The notes beneath the pieces are model-generated. The model worked only from the letters and a program-made list of their open reading frames with translations. It ran no database searches and was not told the origin of the DNA. From a virus, in the IMG/VR virus record IMGVR_UViG_3300042922_000923, positions 67,111 to 131,110 of that record: a stretch of 64,000 nt of DNA; one strand, given 5' to 3'. Shown here in pieces: positions 10,705 through 20,591 of this stretch. A program made the translations under genes and the position numbers. The number at the start of each line of letters is the position of its first letter. The first letter of the stretch is position 1.

Positions 10705-11211
10705 CTAAAATTCGATTATAAACGATAGTTTTTCTTTTTGGTCTTTTTGCCTTGTAGTTAGCTTTCTGTTATCTATTAAAAATAAAGTTCCTTGAGAACT
10801 GACCTCTTCAGGAAGCAACGCTGCTTTAGCATCATCAACACCAGCTGCACGTACTAAATCTAAAAGGAGGCCTACCTGTCCGTATTTATCTAATGGAAGT
10901 TCACCGTAATTGATATAACATTCAACATATACCCATTTAGCACCTTGAGTATATATTTGGTTAGCAGGTGTAATTGTCCACCTGGTATCTCGATATATAA
11001 TACTTCCTTCTGGATCAGGAATTACTAAATATTTACTTTCACATTTTTTAAAACCTAAAGGTTCGATAACTTCTTTTTGATTAACATTTGGGGGATCTGG
11101 AATATCAGGATTAGACCAATCAGTTTGCTTTCCTAGTCCAAAATAAATATTTGTATTATTAAAAAAAGCTAAAGCTTTTGAACAGTGTCCATATAGCGTA
11201 GTTACAGCCAT
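10705..11211 (-). CDS. Baseplate structural protein
   Basis: YFGLGKQTDW...PDPP pattern; position in baseplate module. Confidence 0.65.
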   Translation of the reverse strand: MAVTTLYGHCSKALAFFNNTNIYFGLGKQTDWSNPDIPDPPNVNQKEVIEPLGFKKCESKYLVIPDPEGSIIYRDTRWTITPANQIYTQGAKWVYVECYINYGELPLDKYGQVGLLLDLVRAAGVDDAKAALLPEEVSSQGTLFLIDNRKLTTRQKDQKEKLSFIIEF

Positions 11212-11419
11212 AAGTATTCCTCCTTCTATTGTTCTTTTTAACTACTAATAATATAAAACCCTTGGCACTATAGAGTTTAAGAAATACCTAGATTAATAGA
11301 AAAATTTGGCTTCTATATGGAAAAAATTTAATATTTTTAAATTAATTCACTTTTTTATTTATATAAGGATGCATTCATTTTTTAGCATTCTAATTAAAAT
11401 AAGAGAAAGAAGGACTTTT

Positions 11420-12436
11420 ATGAGGTATATAAAAGATATAAACATAAATGAAGTTATTGTTCATGTTTTAAACAAGCAATCGGAGGAACCACTTTTAAAT
11501 GACTTAGAATTGGAACTAGATGAATCAACATACAATTATATTGAAAATTTGATTGTTAAGAGCCTAAATAATCAAAAGCTCTACTATGCTACATTTTTGA
11601 ATAAAGAGGCAGAGACTGAAGTAGAAACATTAGCTGGTCTATATTTTACTGGAAAAGCTGGAGATATAATAGATATATCAAAATCTCTTGCTACAAGAAT
11701 GTTCTCATTACTAAGAGGAAATTCTGGTATATCCTCTTGTGATTTGTTAGTTGCTTCTTTAACTACTGATTTAGGACCTCTTTTAGCAATATTAGTTATG
11801 GATTATGATAGAACCTTTAAGCATAACATAGAAAAGTTAGATGAAAATACTGTTATAACGCTTGTAAAGGATAAAGAAGGTCTTCCTAAGACTGCTGGAA
11901 AAGTTCAAAAAGCTGCATTTATACTTCCTCATGGTATGGATACTTTTGATTTAATGGTACTAGATAAAGATCCTAAAAATAATTATTTTTCAAGTGAATT
12001 TTTAAAAGCTAAGTATGTTGCAAATGAAAGAGACTTGACTAAGAGGTTCATTTCATTAACAGAAGCTTGGATTGTAAAAAAACATGCATGTGATGCAGTA
12101 AAGGCAGAAGATGCTAGAAGTACTATAAGGAAGGCTTGTTTATTAGACGATGAAATAGTTCTAGAGGATCTAGCAGATGAACTTTATACTTCAGAAAGTG
12201 ACCATGAAGAATTTTTAGATTATTATAAGCAAGCACAGCTGCCTGAAAAACTAGTTTTAGATAGGACCTGGCTTGATGAATCTACAAGTAAAATAAAATT
12301 AAACTTAGAGAATCTTATTAAAGTTGAAATGTATTCTAGCTTATATAACGATCCTAATAGATTTGAAATTCAAGCAAATTCAGATAAAAGTATAAATATT
12401 GTTATAAAGAATATTATGAATTATAGAGAAAACTAG
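11420..12436 (+). CDS. Nucleoid-associated protein (NdpA/YejK-like)
   Basis: ININEVIVHVL, SSCDLLV, LAILVMDY, LP...KVQKAAFI and YFSSEFL patterns; RBS AAGGA before ATG 11420. Confidence 0.7.
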   Translation: MRYIKDININEVIVHVLNKQSEEPLLNDLELELDESTYNYIENLIVKSLNNQKLYYATFLNKEAETEVETLAGLYFTGKAGDIIDISKSLATRMFSLLRGNSGISSCDLLVASLTTDLGPLLAILVMDYDRTFKHNIEKLDENTVITLVKDKEGLPKTAGKVQKAAFILPHGMDTFDLMVLDKDPKNNYFSSEFLKAKYVANERDLTKRFISLTEAWIVKKHACDAVKAEDARSTIRKACLLDDEIVLEDLADELYTSESDHEEFLDYYKQAQLPEKLVLDRTWLDESTSKIKLNLENLIKVEMYSSLYNDPNRFEIQANSDKSINIVIKNIMNYREN

Positions 12437-13171
12437 GTGGTTACTGTGAAGGAGACAGACCTATTTATGTATTTGAGGGATTACTTTGAAACTAATCCCC
12501 ACAATGTTATATATACAGAGGTCGTAGGAGTAGGATATGGAAGACCAGATATTGTTGTTTTAAACAATGGTATTGTTACTGTAGTTGAAATGAAAACTAC
12601 TTTAAGCATGAAACTTATTGAACAGGCCTTTAACTGGAGATATGTTGCTAATTATGTTTATATAGCTATTCCTAAAGGAAGTAAGCCTTTAAATACATTT
12701 GTTACAAAGATATTAAGAGACTATGGAATAGGCATACTGCAAATAGATATACAAGGTTCCAGTACTTTAAAATGGTATCAAGAACACAATGAAAAACTTA
12801 ATTTTTGTGTTAGGGAAAGCCTAAGGCCTAAACTATTTAGGAATAAATCTAGAATTGATTGGAAGTCAAAACTTAAGGACATGTTTAAGTATGAGAATAA
12901 TGTTAGTGGTGGTAATGTAGGTGGAGGATATAATACTCCATACAAAGCTATGATAACGGAAGTAAAATGGTACCTGAAAACGCATCAAGATAAACCTGTA
13001 GCTATAAAAGAACTAATTGAGTATCTAGACATTGTTAGAAGTCATTATAGTAATCCTAAAGCTGGCTTATATAATGCGCTAACAACTATAGAAAGTAAGG
13101 ATATTGTATGTGAAACTATTGGTAATAAGATTTATTTCTCATTAACTAAAGAGGCTTCTGAGAAATATTAA
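12437..13171 (+). CDS. PD-(D/E)xK nuclease-fold protein (MmcB-like)
   Basis: E....GRPDIV......VEMK...QA....ANYVYIAIP...GIGIL. Confidence 0.6.
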   Translation: MVTVKETDLFMYLRDYFETNPHNVIYTEVVGVGYGRPDIVVLNNGIVTVVEMKTTLSMKLIEQAFNWRYVANYVYIAIPKGSKPLNTFVTKILRDYGIGILQIDIQGSSTLKWYQEHNEKLNFCVRESLRPKLFRNKSRIDWKSKLKDMFKYENNVSGGNVGGGYNTPYKAMITEVKWYLKTHQDKPVAIKELIEYLDIVRSHYSNPKAGLYNALTTIESKDIVCETIGNKIYFSLTKEASEKY

Positions 13172-13180
13172 GACTTATTA

Positions 13181-13213
13181 AAATAAGGAGCAAATTAATG
13201 CTCCTTATTTTTT
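13181..13213. terminator. Bidirectional intrinsic terminator
   Basis: aaataaggagca-aattaa-tgctccttattttttt between convergent genes. Confidence 0.85.
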
Positions 13214-14544
13214 TATTCAGCTATAATTTCAACATTCGCGTTTGGTTGGAACTCAATAAGGTCAGCTTGATCTAGTGTATAGATAGAAGCATAATCTACG
13301 TCTATTAATGTAAGTACTGGAGAATTTGGACTTATATTGTGTAAAAGTGGATAAGAACATTCATTTTCTATATAGTAGTCATCCCAAATTACCTGTTTTC
13401 CAGATAAAAGTGACTTAGTATTATATTCTCTACTATACTCAGAGGTAATTACTTCATAATCACTAAAAATAGTACCCTCTTCATCTGCAACAAATACATC
13501 TGCAATCATTTCTGGAGTATTGTGTCTCCAACCACCACCTGTAATTCCAGATAATGGACCACTTCCAGATAATTTAGAATACGTATCAGAAAGCATCTTA
13601 GGTCTATAACCTACATGAAATTCTTGACAAGGCATTTGTATGTCTATAGGTTCATCATCTTTTACAATAGGTACTGCATCATAGATCCATTTATCAGTCT
13701 CTAAAATTTTGTTACCAAATGAATTTGTATAATTATTTTTCTTAATATTAGCTAATACATTGTAAATGTAGCTATCATAAGCAAGTCTATCATAGGCCAT
13801 GTTACCTTCTATTATTATAGTTATTTCACAGAACATATTGTGCTTACCTGAAAGATATCTCTCAGCCTTAGATACATTTCCAGAAAGAGTATTTCCTTGT
13901 ATTCTTTGAGCTGCATAGAGGTCATATTCTAAAGAATAATCAGAAAGTATATTATCTACAACTGAATCTGTATCATCGACTATTATTCCAGAGTTCTGAG
14001 TTTGAGTATAATATACTTTTATACCTGCTGCCTTTATTTGAGTAATTAAATTACGCAAATTTGTATCAGCATCATAAGGAAGATAAATGTCTATAACATT
14101 TCTTCTCCAGTATGTTCCATTTGGGAACCTACAGTCTCCAGAAAGAGTTCCTTTCCTACTTAGAACTTTTATTTTAGTGTAAGGTTCAAAAATAGTAATA
14201 TCACTTTCATTTAGAGTAACATTATACTTTTGAGATAAATATGCTGCAACATTTCCTTTTAATGCAGATAAAGTTACCTTAGGATTTTGAATGGAAGATA
14301 TTATTCTAGCTCTATATAAGTCATCAGGTTCATCAACTGTTCTTATTACACCAAACCAGCTACCCCACTCATTTAACCAAGTGTCTGTAGCTGTGGTTAT
14401 ACATAATTCTAGTACTAAAAGGGCAGTGTCTTCTTCAGCTATGCTTAGTATGTTATATATAGATCCTAAGATAGCTTTATGAATTTCTTGTGATAAGTTT
14501 AAACTGTTTAGGAATCTTTGAGGAAAAAACTTAAAAAAATTCAT
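13213..14544 (-). CDS. Baseplate wedge protein (tail protein I-like)
   Basis: TATDTWLNEWGSWFGVIR..DEPDDLYRARI motif; follows baseplate J. Confidence 0.75.
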   Translation of the reverse strand: MNFFKFFPQRFLNSLNLSQEIHKAILGSIYNILSIAEEDTALLVLELCITTATDTWLNEWGSWFGVIRTVDEPDDLYRARIISSIQNPKVTLSALKGNVAAYLSQKYNVTLNESDITIFEPYTKIKVLSRKGTLSGDCRFPNGTYWRRNVIDIYLPYDADTNLRNLITQIKAAGIKVYYTQTQNSGIIVDDTDSVVDNILSDYSLEYDLYAAQRIQGNTLSGNVSKAERYLSGKHNMFCEITIIIEGNMAYDRLAYDSYIYNVLANIKKNNYTNSFGNKILETDKWIYDAVPIVKDDEPIDIQMPCQEFHVGYRPKMLSDTYSKLSGSGPLSGITGGGWRHNTPEMIADVFVADEEGTIFSDYEVITSEYSREYNTKSLLSGKQVIWDDYYIENECSYPLLHNISPNSPVLTLIDVDYASIYTLDQADLIEFQPNANVEIIAE

Positions 14545-14557
14545 TTTCGTGTTCCCC

Positions 14558-15625
14558 CTAATTTCCTACAGTTTCTGTAGTTACTTTAATTGTTCCTGGT
14601 CTTAATAGTACCTGAGTAGATGCTGGTATTTTAGTAGCCGGTTCAATAACCTCAACATCTACTACTGCTAAATCATCTAGATTCATTAAGTACTTTATTA
14701 AACTAGTTATATAAAAAGCTTGATTTACTTGAAATTCATACATGTATGTTGATATAGCAGTTGATATTGTAGTCTTATAAAGTTCTGGATCATAATCTTG
14801 ATTAAGAATAACATTTACTTCTACATCTATAAGACTCTTGATTACAGGTAATATTTCAACTTCTACACCAGCTGACCTATATTCATCAACAGCTGCTTTA
14901 ACAGCCTGCTTTAGTGTATCTGAAAGATCTCCATTGGTATCATGACAGTATACTTTTACTAAACCAATATTACTATCATCAACGTAAACTCCTGTTATCC
15001 CTGATACTGTTGAAGCGGCGTATTCTATAGATCCTGCTGTGCCTCTAACTAGATTACTTATAAATTTTTTAAATCTAGCTTTACGTTCAGCCTTTGTTTC
15101 TGCTGCTCTACCATTAGTAAAAGGTAGTTCATTGTACACTTTTGATACTAAAGTATTAGCTGTTACCATTATGTTTATACTGTTCTCAGTAGTGTTTCCA
15201 GTAACACCAGCAACCGTACATATTACAGGTAGAATAATTTTACTCGAACCTATTGGTGCTATTACGTCTTTTGCTAATCTATAGTACTTTACAGCACCAA
15301 TACTTGAAGAGGTACAGAATGTTAATCCTGCTGGAAAATTTATTTCAGAAGTTAGTACATTTTTAAATTCAAGGGTTACATCTCCGCTTGCATATTCTTC
15401 AGGTATTATAGAAAATCCAAATGCATTAAATATGCTGTTTTCAATAGCATAAGAAATTGCATCATACATTTTAAAGTAAAGTTCCTCAAGTTGTAGGGAA
15501 ACTGACTCTAATAAAGTTCTTACAACTGAACCAACTGAAAAATCAGTTATTTTTTTAGTTGTATGTGTAACATACGTAATTGCATTTTTTAATATTTCGC
15601 TTGCATTTTTTATTTTTAGTCCCAT
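14558..15625 (-). CDS. Baseplate J-like protein
   Basis: TDFSVGSVVRTLLES, C...G..GN, NG..AET...RKARF and RSAGV motifs. Confidence 0.88.
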   Translation of the reverse strand: MGLKIKNASEILKNAITYVTHTTKKITDFSVGSVVRTLLESVSLQLEELYFKMYDAISYAIENSIFNAFGFSIIPEEYASGDVTLEFKNVLTSEINFPAGLTFCTSSSIGAVKYYRLAKDVIAPIGSSKIILPVICTVAGVTGNTTENSINIMVTANTLVSKVYNELPFTNGRAAETKAERKARFKKFISNLVRGTAGSIEYAASTVSGITGVYVDDSNIGLVKVYCHDTNGDLSDTLKQAVKAAVDEYRSAGVEVEILPVIKSLIDVEVNVILNQDYDPELYKTTISTAISTYMYEFQVNQAFYITSLIKYLMNLDDLAVVDVEVIEPATKIPASTQVLLRPGTIKVTTETVGN

Positions 15626-15641
15626 TATACTTTTCACCACC

Positions 15642-16307
15642 TTACACTGTTACGAAAGTTTCACTGAATGTAAACTTTTCATTAGGAGTGACAAGAATAA
15701 TATCACATGTTATGGTAACACCATTAGGCACTGATTTTACAATGCAATTTCTAACATTTGATACTCTTGTATCCTTCTTAAAAGTAGATATTACTTCAAG
15801 TTTCATTTTTGTTAAATTTGATAGAGTTTTTGGCTTGCCTATCATTGTCATAAAATCAGATCCATAGTCTAAATGCATAGGAAGCTCACCATAGTTCGTA
15901 GAAAGTCTCGTTAATAATGCTTGCCTAATATTCTCTATGCCTATAGCTTGCTTTATGTCTCCAGAAGAATCATCGGTTAGTTCTCCTTGTTTTTCAAAAT
16001 TTTGAATACCATTAGTATCAGTTTCAAAGTCTAAAAACATATCAACACCATAAGTTCTCTTTTGAAGCTCTGCATCAGATACATAGTCTATAGTAGAGAC
16101 ATTTTCTACAGGTATTAATAAATTGTCACCTATATATTTGATATTAGGAAGTCTCTGTGTAGAAGGTAAGGCTATTTCATCTATAATAAAAGGATATTGT
16201 AATCCATTTATATATACTATGTCTTCCCAAGAGGTGACGTTATACCTTGATGCGAGTCTTTGTAAGGTATCTCCAAGTACTATTTTATGAGAAATACAAG
16301 TACTCAT
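15642..16307 (-). CDS. LysM-containing baseplate protein (gp25-like C-terminus)
   Basis: GDTLQRLASRY LysM-like start; GIENIRQALLTRLST..GELPMHLDYGS; DTRV. Confidence 0.78.
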   Translation of the reverse strand: MSTCISHKIVLGDTLQRLASRYNVTSWEDIVYINGLQYPFIIDEIALPSTQRLPNIKYIGDNLLIPVENVSTIDYVSDAELQKRTYGVDMFLDFETDTNGIQNFEKQGELTDDSSGDIKQAIGIENIRQALLTRLSTNYGELPMHLDYGSDFMTMIGKPKTLSNLTKMKLEVISTFKKDTRVSNVRNCIVKSVPNGVTITCDIILVTPNEKFTFSETFVTV

Positions 16308-17113
16308 TATGATTTTACCTCCCTGCTATAGTTATCAAATAACTCTATTGTTCCTCTTATGTTCTGAATTGCTATATGAAGCTTTCGTACTTCTTTTATA
16401 AGAAGAATAGGTCTGATACTTAAATCATATAGCTCTAAAGCACAAGAAACATACTTAATGTTATTTAGTAACACATCTAGTTCTAGAAGTGAAATAGATA
16501 TTTTTACTGGATTACTAATAAAATTTGCTAGTATAGAATATATTCTTACAGCAGATACTAATATGTGCTTAGTCATTAATAAATAATTGTTATTTAGATT
16601 ATATAATTTTAGTACACTAACAAAATTACTATCTTGAATATTATCTCCTTGTGCTAGTAATAGAGCTAGTATAGTGCTATAGCTAATACCTGTATTCTTA
16701 GATGTTACCGAATTTCTAGGAAGATACACAGAAATATATTTATAGTAGCTTTCAGTTTCTATTAAGTCTTCAGAATAATTTTTTAATTTATCAAATATTG
16801 ATAAGTTGTCATTAGACCACTCATTTTTAAAGGCTATATCTTGAACTCCATCATTCATAAGAACAGAACAGTGTATATTAGTAAAGGTTCCAGAGCTAAG
16901 TACTGATATTCCAGATGTTATATATTTAGCCACAACTGGCGAAATTTTACCATTTGAACCTCCTAATATATCTGTAAAATTATTTAGTAGCGTTTTCATA
17001 GAATCTATAGTGCTGCTTGTTATTTCCTGATTATATTCATACTGCACACCAACCTCTAAAGGAGCGTATACTTCTATTATTTTAGAAATTGAATTATCTG
17101 GCACATTAATCAT
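16307..17113 (-). CDS. Hypothetical baseplate-region protein
   Basis: Long ORF translationally coupled within the operon. Confidence 0.6.
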   Translation of the reverse strand: MINVPDNSISKIIEVYAPLEVGVQYEYNQEITSSTIDSMKTLLNNFTDILGGSNGKISPVVAKYITSGISVLSSGTFTNIHCSVLMNDGVQDIAFKNEWSNDNLSIFDKLKNYSEDLIETESYYKYISVYLPRNSVTSKNTGISYSTILALLLAQGDNIQDSNFVSVLKLYNLNNNYLLMTKHILVSAVRIYSILANFISNPVKISISLLELDVLLNNIKYVSCALELYDLSIRPILLIKEVRKLHIAIQNIRGTIELFDNYSREVKS

Positions 17114-17148
17114 CTCCTTTATTAATAAAATAAGGTGCAGTACATATA

Positions 17149-17763
17149 TTATTTGTTTTCAGATGAATTTGTTGGCTGATGTTCTGCTAAATAATTTTCA
17201 TAAGCTTCATTGGTATCTGTAGTCTCAATAGAAGTTGATGAAATTAAGTTTGGACTTATTGGAACAATGTCTTTAAATACTGTATCTGCTGTAGTTGGAT
17301 TTAAAGGATCATAATCACCAATCATAGCAAGTCCAATTAGACTAATATCATAAACATAAAGTAAGCTTCTAGACTTATCTCTATCTAGTAAGAATTTATC
17401 AGGGTATACATACCAGTAGTCTTCATCAGTGTAATTATAGAATTTTAGAAGATTACTTATTTTTTCACCTGGCTTAACATCTTTATATATTTTTCTTATG
17501 AAGTCTCTAAGCTCAACAAATTTTTTAAAACCATTTGTAGCATCACCTGTCCCATTTTTAAAACCTGTAGTCCCTTTTATTTCAATAGATACTAAGGCTG
17601 CACCCCAAGCATCAATGTATGCACCACCTTTTGTTTGGACAACTGTAGCACGACTAGGTTCTGATTGAGTGTACTGCTCAGGGTTCAATGCAAATTTATA
17701 TGAGGAATCCCCATATTCAAATTCTATTCTCTTTAATGAAGTTACTCCATTACTTTGTGGCAT
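17149..17763 (-). CDS. Tail/baseplate structural protein (tube-initiator-like)
   Basis: YKFALNPEQY...R.TVVQTKGG...GTTGF; position. Confidence 0.65.
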   Translation of the reverse strand: MPQSNGVTSLKRIEFEYGDSSYKFALNPEQYTQSEPSRATVVQTKGGAYIDAWGAALVSIEIKGTTGFKNGTGDATNGFKKFVELRDFIRKIYKDVKPGEKISNLLKFYNYTDEDYWYVYPDKFLLDRDKSRSLLYVYDISLIGLAMIGDYDPLNPTTADTVFKDIVPISPNLISSTSIETTDTNEAYENYLAEHQPTNSSENK

Positions 17764-17774
17764 AAAAATCACCT

Positions 17775-18782
17775 CTATTCAGACTTTGTTACAACTTCCT
17801 TACCATTTACTAATACATTTCCAGTAAAGTTAATGGTATCACCATCTATAGTAAATGTAGCTCCTTTTGAATTAGATATAGTAACCTTTCCTAATTCATC
17901 AACACAGAACTCAGTAAAAGTATTAGCTTCATCTCTTTTGTTAGAATCAAGCTGTCTCTTAATTTTAATTGCTCCATTAGCTGACATTTGAACATAACTT
18001 AAGGTATTATCATTATTATCTCTTGATAACCTTAAGGTACCCTTATCATTTGTCATATCCACAAATACCTTAGTTTTAGTACTTGTAGAATCATCAATAT
18101 TATCTCTAAATACTGCTAAAAAACTTTTAGGATTAGTATAAAAATTATATCCATTTCCATATTCATCTTGAAAATTAGAAGGTAATTGAAGAGTTTTATT
18201 TGATACTTTTGATTTTTGAGATAAATCTTCAAAGTCAGTTGTATCGTCATTAATATCCTCAGACCAAGATATAAATGACTTTGAATGCATTGCAAATTCT
18301 AAATTTCCTAGTCCATCAATTTTAAAGTAATCCTGAAGAGGAAATACTCTTAGGTATTTTCTATAGTCTTTTAAGTCTCTAAAGCTATTAACAGGATCTA
18401 AAGGATAAGTAGCTGGAAATATATTATTTAAGTTATCTACATTATGCATAGTTCCAATAATAACTGGTTCATCTTTAAGTCCATCTAAGAAAGTTAGAGC
18501 AACTGTTTGTCCTTTCATAAGAGGTTCTTGAACTCCATAAGAAATTTGGTTGGCAGAGTCATATCCTGAGTTAGATGATAGCACTCTACATGCAAATCTT
18601 CCTTCATTATTAGCAGATCCTATGATTCTATTATTATTTCTGATTAATTTTACATCTACAGTATTGTGTTTTTCATGAACCTTTATTACTTCAGCAAGTA
18701 CAATGTATCCAAACATATTTTGGTCTTGCCTAAAGGTTCCTTTTAGTCTTCCTAAGCTACTTTGAAATATTGGACCTTCCAT
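17775..18782 (-). CDS. Baseplate central spike-like protein (gp5/GpV OB-fold N-terminus)
   Basis: LAEVIKVH....TVDV ... GQTVALTFLDG..DEPVIIG. Confidence 0.7.
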   Translation of the reverse strand: MEGPIFQSSLGRLKGTFRQDQNMFGYIVLAEVIKVHEKHNTVDVKLIRNNNRIIGSANNEGRFACRVLSSNSGYDSANQISYGVQEPLMKGQTVALTFLDGLKDEPVIIGTMHNVDNLNNIFPATYPLDPVNSFRDLKDYRKYLRVFPLQDYFKIDGLGNLEFAMHSKSFISWSEDINDDTTDFEDLSQKSKVSNKTLQLPSNFQDEYGNGYNFYTNPKSFLAVFRDNIDDSTSTKTKVFVDMTNDKGTLRLSRDNNDNTLSYVQMSANGAIKIKRQLDSNKRDEANTFTEFCVDELGKVTISNSKGATFTIDGDTINFTGNVLVNGKEVVTKSE

Positions 18783-18793
18783 TTAATCATCTC

Positions 18794-20590
18794 CTATAAA
18801 ACTCTTCTTACTGCACATAGTGATGGTACTGGAGCTATTTTAACTTTATCATTTTTATGTGGAGCTTCTATCATTTTTCCATCACCTATATACATCATTA
18901 CATGACCTGGACCACCTGAACCCGGTTCAGAAAATAATAAGTCTCCAGCTTGCCATTTAGACTGATCGTTTATGTCAATATCCTTTCCACAGTTAGATTG
19001 TTCTTGTGACGTTCTAGGTAAATTGATACCAAAGTGTTTATAAACATATTGTACAAATCCAGAACAATCAAAGCTACTAGGTCCTGTAGCACCATATTCA
19101 TAAGGTACTCCTAAGAAAGTTTTAGAGTAAGCTACCACTTCAGCTCCTGTTCCAGTTGCAGTACCAAGATCTCCAGATGAATCTGATGATGATGACACAG
19201 TTTTTGTTTTTATTCCAAAAATAGAAGGATCAAAAGTTTCATACTGGTCATAGGGTTCATTGAATCTATCATCAGGTGGTAAGCCTCTTGTAAGTGCTAA
19301 TTGAACTTGATATGTTCCAAATATGTTAAAAATGCATGTTACACCTTCTACATAAAGTTCTAAACCTTCAGACTTTAATTTAACCCTTGAACCTAATTTA
19401 AATCTATTACTACCACGAACAAGTAATGGACCATTATACATAGAATTATTTTTTATGTTCCAGTTAAATAGATCCTGAGTGCACTGCATACTTCTTGTAT
19501 TAGCAGCATCCTTATCATCAGCTCCTGCAAACATTGAATACATTGTTGTAACGTCTAAACGTCTGACACCATACTTTTTAAAATAAGGAGGATACCATAA
19601 AGGTACATATCCAAATGAACTTGAAGCATTCATTGAAGATAGCATTGTAGAACAATTTACTGAATACAAAGTATAAGTTTCTAAGTCTGACCTTCCTAAA
19701 CCATCTGTAATAATTTCTTCATCAAGAATATCAGTAGTACTTAGTTGCTCCCAAAGGTCCTTTGAAAATGGTGTTGGCCTAAGACAGAGTGTTGGAATAT
19801 CGTCTATTACTTCCCAAAATAATTCATTAAATGGAGCATTTTGTATTTCCTTCATTAACTGCCATAAAGAGCCTTGATAGTTTAAAAGACTACTCACATC
19901 TAATAGCGTGTAGTCTGGCCTAGCACTTAATTTTAATTGAATCTTTTTTAATAAAGAAGAATTATCTGAAAAATTATAGTCAATATAAGCTCCTGCATAA
20001 GCATTAATTAACTTATCTATAGCTTCATTAGCAGCACAACCTTCTAATGAAACTTCTTGGCCTAAATATCCTAAAAAGTTTTCAGAGACTTCAACTTCAT
20101 TAACAATACCTATGTTAAAAGATAAAAAAGCTTTATTTAATCCTCTTCCTGAAATAGTGAGTACTCTAGTTGGTTTATCTTGATTGTATACAAAGTTTCT
20201 TCTACAATCATCGACTAGGCCAACAAAGGTAACTTGTAATTTTTCAGGAGGTCTACACATCTTTATAACAACTAAATCATTTGATGCTATAGAATAAAAC
20301 CATTCATCTCTATACACTAAATTTAAAGAAAAAACAGGAGCATCATTATGCAGTAGTCTAGATGTAGTTATAGACACTATATCATAGCCAAATTCTGTAA
20401 CATTAGGCTTTATTTCTCCTTTTACTACTATATTTGAAGTTTCAGTATATATAGTAACTTCAGCAGCAGGATAATAAATGCTAGTTCTATTTCCAGATGA
20501 AGTATTTCCCGATTGTGATGTTCCTGTAGAAGAAGAGGACAATCCTGTAGTTAATGAAGAACCTGCGAGATTAGTAGTATCATCTGCCAC
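18794..20590 (-). CDS. Baseplate hub/tail lysin with C-terminal NlpC/P60 peptidase
   Basis: GVPYEYGA...FDCSGFVQYVY...LPRTS.EQ...GDLLF...HVMMYIGDGKMIEA. Confidence 0.9.
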   Translation of the reverse strand: MADDTTNLAGSSLTTGLSSSSTGTSQSGNTSSGNRTSIYYPAAEVTIYTETSNIVVKGEIKPNVTEFGYDIVSITTSRLLHNDAPVFSLNLVYRDEWFYSIASNDLVVIKMCRPPEKLQVTFVGLVDDCRRNFVYNQDKPTRVLTISGRGLNKAFLSFNIGIVNEVEVSENFLGYLGQEVSLEGCAANEAIDKLINAYAGAYIDYNFSDNSSLLKKIQLKLSARPDYTLLDVSSLLNYQGSLWQLMKEIQNAPFNELFWEVIDDIPTLCLRPTPFSKDLWEQLSTTDILDEEIITDGLGRSDLETYTLYSVNCSTMLSSMNASSSFGYVPLWYPPYFKKYGVRRLDVTTMYSMFAGADDKDAANTRSMQCTQDLFNWNIKNNSMYNGPLLVRGSNRFKLGSRVKLKSEGLELYVEGVTCIFNIFGTYQVQLALTRGLPPDDRFNEPYDQYETFDPSIFGIKTKTVSSSSDSSGDLGTATGTGAEVVAYSKTFLGVPYEYGATGPSSFDCSGFVQYVYKHFGINLPRTSQEQSNCGKDIDINDQSKWQAGDLLFSEPGSGGPGHVMMYIGDGKMIEAPHKNDKVKIAPVPSLCAVRRVL

Positions 20591-20591
20591 T

